Shown here: positions 50,534 to 64,000 of the stretch, piece after piece
Position numbering within the stretch: position 1 is the stretch's first letter
Layout: every line of letters starts with the position of its first letter
Assembly: GCA_963811165.1 (NCBI GenBank)
Contig: CAWEQH010000008.1
Location: 128,001 to 192,000, forward strand
Length of the DNA stretch: 64,000 bases
Direction of reading: 5' to 3'
From: an uncultured Nitrospiraceae bacterium
GTDB taxonomy: Bacteria; Nitrospirota; Thermodesulfovibrionia; Thermodesulfovibrionales; UBA6898
Translations under genes and position numbers: made by a program
The notes under the pieces: model-generated
Seen by the model: the letters and a program-made list of their open reading frames with translations, nothing else
Told to the model about the DNA's origin: nothing
The model's database searches: none

Positions 50534-51691
50534 TTGTCCGGTTTCAAGGAGGGAATCGTGATCACTTCGGTGCTGAGAGATATATTCAGGGTCAATCTCG
50601 GAGTGAAGAGGACCGAAAGGTGTCTCATATTTACCGATCTGGTCCCCTCAACAGGGGAGATCCCGCTGGCCGAGGCCGAAAAAAGGTCCAAACTCAAATG
50701 CATCGCGTTTTTTGCCTCTGAGATCGGGAAAACTTTTGCGAAAGAAGTTTATATGAGAGACTTCCCGTCGACCGGCAGCCACGGCGCAGAACCGCCGGCT
50801 GAAATCTGGAGGGCTGCATTCGGAGAAAGGGCCGTTAAGGAGATGGGGAATAAGGGACTTCTTGGACCGCTCCTTGAGAAAAGGGCCGGCGACGCGGAGA
50901 TCGGCAAGGCCGAGGCGGTCCTCGGGAGGTTTAAGAAGGATGCCGTGGATGTAGTCGTTGCACTTTCCTACTTTTCAACAAGCCACACCCGATTCAGGGA
51001 CCTTCTGACCCGGATCTGCGGGACCCGGTATGTGAGTATGCCGCTTTTCGAATTTTCGATGCTCGAAGGTCCTATGAACGTCGACTGGAAGGGACTTGCG
51101 AAGATTTCGGGAAAAATCGCCGGCATGATTAATAAGGCAGAAGGGGTGGAGATCAATACCCCTAACGGCACGAAGCTGTCCTTTTCCATTAAGGGCAGGA
51201 AAGCCCTCGCCGACACGGGCATATTGACCAAGCCGGGGTCCTTCGGCAACCTCCCCGCAGGGGAAGTGTTTCTGGCGCCTGTAGAGGGCAGTGCACACGG
51301 AAGGCTCGTACTTGAATGGGCCCCCACGAGGGAACTCTCCTCTGCCGTTGTCCTGGTCGTAAAGCAAGGCGCTGTCAAAGAAATAATCGGGGATGAAGAC
51401 TTTGCCCATGAGTTGAAAAGAAGGTTGTCCGAGAGAGAGGAAAACCGCAATATCGCTGAATTCGGCATAGGGACGAATGAGAAGGCGAAAAGGCCCGACA
51501 ACATCCTTGAGTCTGAAAAGATAATGGGCACAATCCATATAGCCCTCGGAGACAACAGCACATTCGGCGGCAAGGTAAAGACGCCTTTCCACCAGGATTT
51601 TGTTTTTTTTAAGCCGACTGTTTTGCTTGTCCATAAAGATGGGAGCAAATCAACGTTGATGAAGAAAGGGAAATTACAGGTGGCGTCATGA
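50534..51691 (+). CDS. aminopeptidase T-like (M29) protein
   Basis: NLPAGEVF.AP, AEFGIGTN, ESEK..GTIHIALG. Confidence 0.85.
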   Translation: MSGFKEGIVITSVLRDIFRVNLGVKRTERCLIFTDLVPSTGEIPLAEAEKRSKLKCIAFFASEIGKTFAKEVYMRDFPSTGSHGAEPPAEIWRAAFGERAVKEMGNKGLLGPLLEKRAGDAEIGKAEAVLGRFKKDAVDVVVALSYFSTSHTRFRDLLTRICGTRYVSMPLFEFSMLEGPMNVDWKGLAKISGKIAGMINKAEGVEINTPNGTKLSFSIKGRKALADTGILTKPGSFGNLPAGEVFLAPVEGSAHGRLVLEWAPTRELSSAVVLVVKQGAVKEIIGDEDFAHELKRRLSEREENRNIAEFGIGTNEKAKRPDNILESEKIMGTIHIALGDNSTFGGKVKTPFHQDFVFFKPTVLLVHKDGSKSTLMKKGKLQVAS

Positions 51692-52014
51692 CTGAATATA
51701 TCATGGTTCTTATTCCCGCCTCAAAGGAAGACGAGGCGGCGCGGATCGCACGGGACATCGTCTCATCCCGGCTGGCTGCGTGCGTAAATATTGTTAAAGG
51801 GATACGCTCCATCTATCGCTGGCAGGGAAAGATTGAAGACGAAGACGAGGTCCTCATGATCGTCAAAACCAGGCGGGATCTTTTCGGGGAGCTCAAAAAG
51901 AGGGTGAAGGAACTCCACAGTTATTCTGTCCCCGAGATCATTGCGCTACCGATCGTTGAAGGGTCCGAAGAATATCTTAAATGGCTTCAAGAAGAGACCA
52001 AAGAGAAATCCTGA
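51688..52014 (+). CDS. cutA: divalent-cation tolerance protein CutA
   Basis: LAACVN, SIYRWQG, HSYSVPEII. Confidence 0.95.
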   Translation: MTEYIMVLIPASKEDEAARIARDIVSSRLAACVNIVKGIRSIYRWQGKIEDEDEVLMIVKTRRDLFGELKKRVKELHSYSVPEIIALPIVEGSEEYLKWLQEETKEKS

Positions 52015-52036
52015 TCGGATGCGTAATTCATAATAG

Positions 52037-54453
<2,417 letters not shown>

Positions 54454-54459
54454 CCTCCT

Positions 54460-54577
54460 AACCCCTCCCGACCTCCCCTTTCAGGGGAGGGGTAGGCATT
54501 CGGACTCCTTCATGCCATTGTCAAAGGCGGGGCGTGCCTTTTTTTTCCCCCCTGATAAGGGGGGGAGAGGTGGGGTT
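54460..54577. repeat. inverted pair of REP-like hairpins
   Basis: AACCCCTCCCGACCTCCCCTTTCAGGGGAGG and CCCCCCTGATAAGGGGGGGAGAGGTGGGGTT are reverse-complement homologues. Confidence 0.75.
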
Positions 54578-54751
54578 GGTCTTTGTGTATATCTTTCATT
54601 TCTATCTTTCTATTATCCCCAGAAAATGCCTGTCGGATCACGGGCGATCTCCGCAACTAACCTCGAATTGCTTTTGATTCTAAAATTTTCCCCCATATAT
54701 TGCAACAATTATTCCGGAGGATTAGTCAGTATGTGAAGGGCATTACAGCCC

Positions 54752-55180
54752 CTACTTCGGCACCCAAACCTTCCCTTTATCGATTATATGCTCGACAAGC
54801 CAGCCCCTTTTCTGGAGCTCTCTGGAAATCCACTTGCGGTGGCATTTCCACGGGAACCGCTCTGCGCAGACAATGACCGAGGTCTTTTCCTTTGCGACTG
54901 TTTCTACCGCATCTATCCCCTTCTGAAAATCCTCTGTGACGAGATAGGCGACATAGCCGCCTTTTCTGAGGCCGCCGAGTTCTTTGCCAAGGAAATGGTA
55001 TTCGATCCCATGCATAGGGAGAAGTTCTTCAAGGCTATCCCTATGAAAAAGGGGGATCTTGCTTCGCGGGAAACTCCTTACGTCTAAAAAGGCCTCTATC
55101 CCGTAGCTGAGAAGTATCTCTATGAAATCCTCCCTGCTTCTCCTGCCTGTCCCGAGGGTATAAATATTTTTTTCCTGCAT
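54752..55180 (-). CDS. DUF488 family protein
   Basis: IYTLG, DVRSFPRS, LGGLR, CAE..PWKCHR. Confidence 0.9.
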   Translation of the reverse strand: MQEKNIYTLGTGRRSREDFIEILLSYGIEAFLDVRSFPRSKIPLFHRDSLEELLPMHGIEYHFLGKELGGLRKGGYVAYLVTEDFQKGIDAVETVAKEKTSVIVCAERFPWKCHRKWISRELQKRGWLVEHIIDKGKVWVPK

Positions 55181-55254
55181 TATTAATAAGATAGCATGAA
55201 TATTAGTTTTTTTCCCTTGACAAGAGCGGCATTTTTCGATGAGAATTACTGCGT

Positions 55255-56526
55255 ATGCAAAGATTAAAAAGTTTTCACTTCTTAGTTTTTATCACACTGA
55301 CCCTGGTCTTAATCTTCCCTGTTTTCTCAAGTGCAGAAGAGAAGGCAAACGAGGGGGTGCTGCTGGCCTCTTCATCTGATGCTTCTTCTTCGCCTTCTCC
55401 TGTTGCTTCTGTCCAGGAGGAAAAGACACCTGAGAAGGCTACTGAAATTTCGGCGTTTAATTCATCCGCCTATAATTCCAACGGTACCGCATCGAAGGCG
55501 GTCGAAAAGAATGTCGGGTTCTTTAGCACAAGGATCAGGGACAAATTCTCTTTATGGCTCAGCAGGTCCGGGCAATATCTCGATCTGATGAAAGAGATAC
55601 TCAGGAAAAAAGATGTCCCGGAAGACATTGTCTTCCTTTCACTGATAGAAAGCGGATTTAACCCCAACGCCTATTCGATTGCGAAGGCGGTCGGGCCCTG
55701 GCAGTTTATCGCTTCCACGGCCAGGCGGTATGGCCTTCAGATCAACTGGTGGAAGGACGAAAGGAGAGATCCGGTAAAATCCACCACTGCAGCTGCGGAC
55801 TACCTAAAGGACCTTTACGGGATGTTCGGCTCATGGAACTTTGCTATGGCAGCCTATAACGCGGGCGAGGGCAAGATCCTCAGGGCAATCAAGAAAAGCA
55901 GGGCGGACGATTATTGGGACCTCCTGGACACCAAGCAGATAAGGACGGAGACGAAGGAATATGTCCCTAAATTTATCGCGGCAAGCCTTATCGCGGCTAA
56001 TCCCGAAGACTTCGGATTCCATGATATAGAATATAAAGAGCCCCTGAGCTATGACGAGGTCGAACTTGACTCCCCCGTCGATCTCGCGGTCGCTGCAGAA
56101 TGCGCCGGCACCGAGCTTGAAGTGATAAAGAAGCTCAACCCGGAGTTAAGGAGATGGTGCACACCGCCGGACGTCGCGAAGTACTCGCTGAAGGTCCCGC
56201 AGGGGACGAAGGACGCCTTCCTGGAGAAACTGTCGTCAGTCCCTGAAGAGGAGAGATTTACGATCGACAGATACACTGTGAAAAAGGGAGATACCTTCAA
56301 GAAGATAGCCAAGATGAAAGGGGTCCCCGAATCCGTGATCCTGTCTCTAAACTCCATGGAAAAGATTATGCCCCTTAAGGCCGGCAGCAAAATATATCTG
56401 CCTCCCAAAGGCCTTTATATCGCGGATGCCGATGACAGGTCCCCGCTGAAAAAAGTTTCCCACCATACGCATAAGAAGAAAAAGTCCTCTTTAAAGAGAT
56501 CCAAACGACGCGGCAGAAAGGTCTGA
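55255..56526 (+). CDS. mltD: lytic transglycosylase with LysM (MltD-like)
   Basis: IESGF, GPWQF, AAYNAGEG, ET..YVPKF, YTVKKGDT. Confidence 0.88.
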   Translation: MQRLKSFHFLVFITLTLVLIFPVFSSAEEKANEGVLLASSSDASSSPSPVASVQEEKTPEKATEISAFNSSAYNSNGTASKAVEKNVGFFSTRIRDKFSLWLSRSGQYLDLMKEILRKKDVPEDIVFLSLIESGFNPNAYSIAKAVGPWQFIASTARRYGLQINWWKDERRDPVKSTTAAADYLKDLYGMFGSWNFAMAAYNAGEGKILRAIKKSRADDYWDLLDTKQIRTETKEYVPKFIAASLIAANPEDFGFHDIEYKEPLSYDEVELDSPVDLAVAAECAGTELEVIKKLNPELRRWCTPPDVAKYSLKVPQGTKDAFLEKLSSVPEEERFTIDRYTVKKGDTFKKIAKMKGVPESVILSLNSMEKIMPLKAGSKIYLPPKGLYIADADDRSPLKKVSHHTHKKKKSSLKRSKRRGRKV

Positions 56527-56565
56527 GTCGGCCCGGCCTGCACGGTCAATTCATAAATTTCTTAC

Positions 56566-57258
56566 TTATTTCTTCTCTGTGATCTTTGCCTGCGCCTCTG
56601 CGAAAAACGGCGAATCTTTAAATTTGTCGGCGAGCTCCTTATACTTTGCCAGCGCCTCTTCCTTCCGGCCGTCGCTTTCGAGGATCCGGGCGGACTCGAT
56701 AAGTGCGAGATCTTTATAAATAGTGCCGTTGGCCTTGTAGAGTGAATCAAGCGCCTTCAGCGCGTCGGCCTTATCTCCCTTTTTGAGCTGTATGTCGGCC
56801 ATCTTCTGGTAAGCCAGGGGAAGGACATCGCTGTCAGAGGAATAGTTTTTTACAAGTTGATCGAGGCCCTTTAATGCGTCGTCGTATTTGCCAAGTTCCG
56901 CGTTGGCGGAAGCGATGTAGAAGAGCAGTCTTGCGGATTTCTTTTTGCGATAAGCCTGCTGAAACAGGTCGAGGGCCTTTTGGACCCTTTCCTGTGAGGA
57001 AATCGGTTGCTTCTGATATTCGTTGTAATAGACTTTATACGCCTCGTACTCCAGCTGCCGCGCCTTTTCTCCCTCCGAGTACTGATAAAAGAAAAAGCCT
57101 GCTACGGCGACGATAACAACCGCGATAACGGCCCCGTAGGTGAGCACGGTTTTTTGTTTTTCCTTGAATCGGTCTTTGATGCCGGAGAGTCTGTCTACGA
57201 CCTCGTTCTCAACCCCGACATTTTTTTTCTTTGTTTTTTTCTTGATAACCCGCGGCAT
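56566..57258 (-). CDS. membrane-anchored TPR protein (YfgM-like)
   Basis: Single TM followed by TPRs. Confidence 0.75.
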   Translation of the reverse strand: MPRVIKKKTKKKNVGVENEVVDRLSGIKDRFKEKQKTVLTYGAVIAVVIVAVAGFFFYQYSEGEKARQLEYEAYKVYYNEYQKQPISSQERVQKALDLFQQAYRKKKSARLLFYIASANAELGKYDDALKGLDQLVKNYSSDSDVLPLAYQKMADIQLKKGDKADALKALDSLYKANGTIYKDLALIESARILESDGRKEEALAKYKELADKFKDSPFFAEAQAKITEKK

Positions 57259-57914
57259 TAAGCCCTCCTTAGTACTCTCTCTATTAGATGTTTTGAATTT
57301 TCAAATACGGAATCTATCCTGTTTTCCTCTATGCCTGCAGCCAACAAAATGCTCCTTGCCGTCTCTGCCGTGATGAGGTCGGAGGGACTGTGACTGTCGG
57401 TGTTGATGCAAAGAGGTACACCGAAACGCATCGCTTCCTTTGCTACGTAGCCGTTGGCCAGCGAATGTCCTTTACGCGAAGTTATTTCAAGGAAAACGTT
57501 TTTTTCCTTTGCCAATAGCAGGTCCTCGGTGGATATGAGGCCGGGGTGGGCAATTATGTCTGCACCAGCCTGGATTGCTGCCCTGTTTGTCCCTTTTTTA
57601 ACGGGTTCTACGATTGTCTCGCCGTGGACGATGATGATCTTTGCCCCCAGCCGCCGCGCCTCCTTGACCAGATCGGGAATAAGTTCGGGGGGAACGTGGG
57701 TTATCTCTGCGCCAGGCAACACCTCCAAAGAAACCAGGGGCCTGATCTTCTCGATGGCCTTAACGATCCTCGGGATGATAAAATCCATATTAGAGGCATC
57801 CATGTGGTCGGTGATAGCAAGGGCCGTATACCCCATATTCTCCGCTCTCCGAATGAGCTCGAAAGGGATGAGTTCTCCGTCGCTGAATACCGTGTGGGTA
57901 TGCAAATCTATCAT
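57258..57914 (-). CDS. PHP domain protein (histidinol-phosphatase family)
   Basis: DLHTHT..SDG, ITDH, VHGET, AHPG, DSH. Confidence 0.88.
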   Translation of the reverse strand: MIDLHTHTVFSDGELIPFELIRRAENMGYTALAITDHMDASNMDFIIPRIVKAIEKIRPLVSLEVLPGAEITHVPPELIPDLVKEARRLGAKIIIVHGETIVEPVKKGTNRAAIQAGADIIAHPGLISTEDLLLAKEKNVFLEITSRKGHSLANGYVAKEAMRFGVPLCINTDSHSPSDLITAETARSILLAAGIEENRIDSVFENSKHLIERVLRRA

Positions 57915-58190
57915 CCTAAAAAGATACAGGAAGATGGAGAAAAATGTAAAGCGATCCGAAGCGCTTCAGAGTTCTGCGGGAGGATTTCCTATTATAGTGT
58001 AAGGCAAGATGTGGGCTCGACCCCTTCCGCAGATCGATATGTAGGGTTTTTTCCTACAAGGGACCCAGTATATTTCCTACAGGACAATGGGGCGTAGTCT
58101 GATTTATTGTTGAACGGCTGAGGAGTATTCTAAAGCTGTATGATGAAGCCAGCATCGTTGTCTCGCTTTAGGAGGAAAAGTAGCCTGATT

Positions 58191-58538
58191 ATGGAGAAAA
58201 ACGCTTCCGGAGAAGAATTTAAGAAGCCAATGAATTGCTGGCAATATATGTCGTGCGGAAGAGAACCCGGCGGGGCCCATACGGGCCGCTTCGGCGTCTG
58301 TCCTGCCTCTACAGATAACAGACTCGACGGTGTTCACGGCGGTAAAAACGCGGGAAGAGCGTGTTGGGTTGTGAACGGCTCTTTCACGAAGGAGGCCGGC
58401 GAGACGGCTCTTGTCAGAGGTAACAAGGGCTGTAGGACGTGCGATTTTTATAATGCCGTTCATTTTGAAGAAGGCAGGTATACTTGGCCCACGCTATTCC
58501 TTCAAAAATTACTGGCGGGGGGGAAAAAGCAGCCTTGA
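58191..58538 (+). CDS. two-CW domain protein
   Basis: NCWQYMSCGR, CPA, GRACW, CRTCDFY. Confidence 0.75.
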   Translation: MEKNASGEEFKKPMNCWQYMSCGREPGGAHTGRFGVCPASTDNRLDGVHGGKNAGRACWVVNGSFTKEAGETALVRGNKGCRTCDFYNAVHFEEGRYTWPTLFLQKLLAGGKKQP

Positions 58539-58599
58539 AATCGTTGTTGCCAGTCGTTCATACCTGGGGTCCTTGGGCGAAAAATCGTTAGGCGCGTGG

Positions 58600-59328
58600 C
58601 TAGAGTGCCGCTGCTCTTGCCAGCGTCAGCACCACTACCTCAGAAGCACCTGCCTTTATCAGCTGCCTGGAGCATTCGTTTGCCGTAGCACCGGTCGTCA
58701 TCACGTCATCGACGAGCATTACACGGCTGTCGGTGAATCGTCTTGTTGCGATGAATGTCCCTTTTAGGTTCTTTATGCGGTCTTTGGCAGAAAGACCGAT
58801 CTGGGGAAGGGTTTCGGCCTTCTTACACAGCCCGTCTATGATAAGAGGGATGTCTTTGCTGTCCGAAATGGTTTTCGCCAGGAGAAGTGACTGGTTGAAG
58901 CCGCGGCTTCTCAGTGCTCCGATGCTTAAAGGGACAGGGACGATGGCCTGGATACCGGTTGTGTCGAAGTCGATGAGGAATTTCCCCAGAGGTTTGGAGA
59001 GCCTTTTCACCCCGTGAAATTTGAAGAGATTGATCGCCTCTGAAAGCGTTCCTTTGTATATCCCAAAACTCATCGCCTTCGAAAAAAGAGGGGGTTTCCT
59101 CAGGCAGTCGGAGCATAATTGAGCGTATTCCGATGAAAATGGGGTTGCACATACTTTGCATGAGGGACCTGCGTATTTCTCGATTCCGGCCCAGCACCCC
59201 GCACAGAAAGGGGCGGTCGTGAGCGTGTCAGTGGTATGGCCGCAGACCGGACAGTCCGACGGGAAAAGGTGGTTTATGATTTTCGGTATCAACCCTGAAG
59301 GAAGAGAGGATGACCGCATTTTCCACAC
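58600..59328 (-). CDS. comF: ComF family protein
   Basis: Double Zn ribbon, RGFNQS, LVDDVMTTGAT. Confidence 0.9.
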   Translation of the reverse strand: MWKMRSSSLPSGLIPKIINHLFPSDCPVCGHTTDTLTTAPFCAGCWAGIEKYAGPSCKVCATPFSSEYAQLCSDCLRKPPLFSKAMSFGIYKGTLSEAINLFKFHGVKRLSKPLGKFLIDFDTTGIQAIVPVPLSIGALRSRGFNQSLLLAKTISDSKDIPLIIDGLCKKAETLPQIGLSAKDRIKNLKGTFIATRRFTDSRVMLVDDVMTTGATANECSRQLIKAGASEVVVLTLARAAAL

Positions 59329-59788
59329 GCATGACCGACCGCAACCTTAGCCCTGCTCACCTTATTTCTTGCATCACAGTGACCGCAAGCCACAACTATA
59401 TAGGCGACGAGGTCCGGCTTCATGACCGCCCCTGTCGCATCCGGTCTTTCTGTGTCGGCAGCGGGCTGATCTGCCTCCTCTTCAACCGGGAAAAAAGTAT
59501 CCAGGAATTTGGTGTACGAGGCATCTTTTTCGGTGAGTTCGATGCCCATGCCGTTTTTGAGTGATACAACCGGTGTCTTCAGTGCCCGCCGCACGGTTCC
59601 CTTTAACTGTGAAGTTCCGTCAGGGAGGTGGATGAGAATGTCCAGTAGGGTGCCGATGGAGAAAGCGTGGTTTGTTCTTATGAAGAGTCCGCTTCGGGAA
59701 AGATCGCTCGATATCCCCCTGTAGTTCTTGCCCTCAGCCGAGAATTCGGTCTCAAGGCGTCTTACGAAGCGATCATGTCGTCGCTTAG

Positions 59789-59792
<4 letters not shown>
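59289..59792 (-). CDS. PilZ domain protein with C-terminal Zn ribbon
   Basis: RRHDR, DLSRSG; CGHC..CGKC. Confidence 0.8.
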
Positions 59793-61077
<1,285 letters not shown>

Positions 61078-61119
61078 TTCATAACCTCTCTTGATCATTA
61101 TTTTAATTTTTCCCCCGCC

Positions 61120-62702
61120 TTAAAGGCATATCTGTTTTACGGACAAGATATTCGGCAGCTTTCTGATTTCCTCGATTACCTCAGGAGTTGAGCTGAATCG
61201 ACGCTGACCACGGAGATGGCCATGCCCCCGGCGGATTCCCTGCCGAAATGCATGCGTGCAATATTGATGTTGTTTTTGCCCATCAGCGTGCCGAGATTGC
61301 CGATGACCCCCGGCTTGTCATTATTATAGATCAGCAGAAGTACCCCTTCAGGCACGATCTCGACCTTGTAATTGTCTATAAGTATGATGCGCGGGTCCTT
61401 TTTGCTGAAGAGCGTTCCGGCAACAAAGATTTCCGCGTCTTTCGCCTTTATCCTAAGGGCTATCATGCTCTGATAATCTCCGGCATCGCTGCTCTTGATC
61501 TCCTTTACCTCAATGCCCCGCTCCTTGGCGATAAACGGCGCGTTGACGAAATTGACTGTTTCAAGGAGGATCGGGCGTCAGATATCCCTTGATGGCCGCG
61601 ATGGTCACAGGCGCGGTATTGATGTTCGCCGCGTCTCCGTGATATTCGACAGTGATTTCTGTTGCTCCGCCTGTCGAATATCTGCGACGGAAAACTCGCC
61701 CAGCTTTTCAGCCAGAGTTATATAGGGCTGAAGGCGCGGGACCTGATCGCTCGGAATCGAAGGAAAATTTACGGCGTTGCTTATTACGCCGCAAACGAGA
61801 TAGTCGGCGATCTGTTCTGCAACTGCCAGCGCGACATTTTCCTGGGCCTCTTCGGTCGATGCGCCGAGATGCGGCGTGCAGACGACATTGTCGAGTGTCA
61901 GGAGCGGATTATTTTCAGGCGGTTCTTTTTCGAAAACATCGAGTGCCGCCCCTGCCACCTTGCCGCTCTTAAGCGCCTCGTAGAGGTCCTGTTCATTGAT
62001 GATTCCTCCGCGGGCGCAGTTGATTATCCGAACGCCGTTTTTCATTGTGCTTATGGTTTTGAGTTTATTACTCCCTTTGGTTTCAGCAGTCAGCGGAGTA
62101 TGGATGGTGATGAAATCAGACTGCCCTAAATAGTTCGTCTAGGGAGACTTTCCTTATGCCCGGTGGCCTTTGCCTTATCTTCGCTGAGGAATGGATCATA
62201 GGCGATGACGTTCATCTCGAGCCCCTGGGCCTTTTTCGCCACCTGGCTGCCGATATTGCCCAGGCCTACGACTCCCAGCGTCTTATGGTAAAGCTCCACA
62301 CCCATGAATTTCTTCTTCTCCCATTTGCCGGCCTTCATGGAGGCAGTTGCCTGGGGGATCATTCGGGCGACGGCAAAGAGCATTGCCATGGAATGCTCGG
62401 CCGTGGTGATTGTATTGCCTCCCGGCGTGTTCATCACAACAATGCCTTTTTTCGAGGCGGCGGCCTTATCGACATTATCAAGGCCCGAGCCGGCCCTCCC
62501 TATCACCTTGAGCTTCGACTGCGGCTTCGATGATCTCGGAGGTCACCTTGGTGGCAGAACGGATTACCAGGCCGCCATAATCGCCGATGCAGGCCTTGAG
62601 TTCTTCCGGTTTCATGCCTGTCTTGACATCGACTTCCAGCCCGGCCTTTTTCAGTATTTCAACGCCCTTGGGAGATATATTGTCGCTGACAAGAACTTTC
62701 AT
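61120..62702 (-). CDS. serA: D-3-phosphoglycerate dehydrogenase (multiple frameshifts)
   Basis: RAGSGLDNVD, GLGNIG, NCARGG, PHLGAST, ACT domain DKPGVIG. Confidence 0.9.
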
Positions 62703-62717
62703 TAAATTTTTATCCTC

Positions 62718-63856
62718 CTAAACCATTAATAATTCCTGGGCAACAGCAACGCCTGTGCCGAGCTTAAGCGGATGGCCCATGCCTTTAAGCACCATCTCGA
62801 CCCCTGCTATGGCTGTTATGACATCGAAGGTGCCTGCATATCCGAGATGCGCGATCCTGAATATCTTGCCTTTTGCATGTCCCTGCCCGCCTGCTGCGGT
62901 AATGCCGTATTTTACCCTCAGGTTCTTATATATTTCCTGCCCGTCCATGCCGGCAGGGGCGTTTATCGCCGTGACAGAGCAACTTGGGGATTCTTTTGTA
63001 AACATATCAAGCCCGAGGGCCTTGACAGCCTCCCTGGTTGCATGCGCAAGCCTTTCATGTCTTTTAAAGGCGTTTTCGAGCCCCTCTGCCTGGATGATCT
63101 TCAGGCTTTCGTTAACCCGATGATAAGGGTGACGGGAGAGGTAAAATTCGTCTGGTTTCTTTCGAGCTGTTTCCGCTCTTTCTTGAAATTAAAATAGAAT
63201 TTCGGAGACGTGGACTTCTCCGCAAACGCCCATGCCTTTTCACTCACTCCAATAAAGGCAAGCCCGGGGGGCAGCATAAGCCCTTTCTGCGAGCCGCCGA
63301 TCAGGACATCTATGCCCCACTCATCCATCTTAAGGTCATGGGCGACCAGCGCGGATATGGCATCGACCACGAAGATGGTATTTTCATATTTTTTTACGAT
63401 AGCGGCAATTGCCTTGATGTCATGGTATACGCCCGTAGATGTCTCTGATGCCTGCACAAATACACCTTTTATCGAAGGGTCTTTTTTCAGGGCCTTTTCA
63501 ATATCTTCGGGTTTGACCGTATATCCCCAGTCTATCTTTATCTCCTCGACAGAGAGGTTGTAGGCCTTGCATATCTTTGTCCAGCGTTCGCCGAAGTTGC
63601 CGGCATTGATCACGAGGGCCTTGTCGCCGGGGCTGAAAAAATTATTGACAGTGCCGACCATGCCGCCGGTGCCTGTTGAACAGATGATGAGGACATCGTT
63701 CTTTGTCTGGTAGAGCCACTGCAGTCCTTTTTTGGCTGAATCGAGCACAGGGAGAAAATCAGGCGACCTGTGGTGTATGATCGGCATGGCCATAGCAAGC
63801 AGCGCCTCTGGCGGAACAGGCGTCGGCCCAGGGGCCAACAGATAACGTTTTAACAT
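62718..63856 (-). CDS. class V PLP aminotransferase (serine-pyruvate/alanine-glyoxylate type); frameshift near 63100
   Basis: PGPTPVP, ETSTG, VDAIS, GSQK..MLPPG, FRIAHLG. Confidence 0.9.
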
Positions 63857-64000
63857 AAAACCTCCTTTATACTTTAGGGATTAATTTATAGGATTGGTCA
63901 AATCTGAGAGGCAGATCTCCTATCCCTAGCTCTGGAACCCGAAGTTACACTTAAGCTTTGAAAATTAGCATTAGAGAATCTTTTTTGTCAAGGAAAGGGA

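Overview
64-kb bacterial window. Gene content (Tol-Pal, system II cytochrome c biogenesis, hgcAB, two-CW and PilZ proteins) suggests an anaerobic Gram-negative, plausibly Nitrospirota/Thermodesulfovibrionia-like; this is inference only. Housekeeping blocks are mla-like ABC, opp/dpp ATPases, ccs, moaAC, tolQRAB-pal-cpoB, rsmA-pdxA, tyrS, cbiMQO, purF, ligA, mltD, comF, purA, serA and a class V aminotransferase. Accessory DNA lies next to tRNA-Ser(TGA) (21-33 kb) and at 35-43 kb. Highlights: (1) a mercury-methylation operon hgcC-hgcA-hgcB plus a Cys-tailed CDF-like transporter, behind a perfect sigma70 promoter overlapped by an inverted repeat; (2) a ~29-30 nt double-hairpin micro-element inserted three times into hairpin loops (twice in a duplicated tRNA-Ser, once in a REP-like element); (3) a B12 radical-SAM plus type III PKS two-gene unit; (4) a ~150-aa C-terminal domain shared by two unrelated exported proteins; (5) an ~8-kb island bounded by ~85-bp direct repeats; (6) REP-like inverted pairs next to a DUF559 nuclease and a palindromic element in-frame within the tolB ORF. 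Many frameshifts in purA, serA and the aminotransferase at the right end most likely reflect sequencing error, so frameshift-only pseudogene calls elsewhere are provisional.
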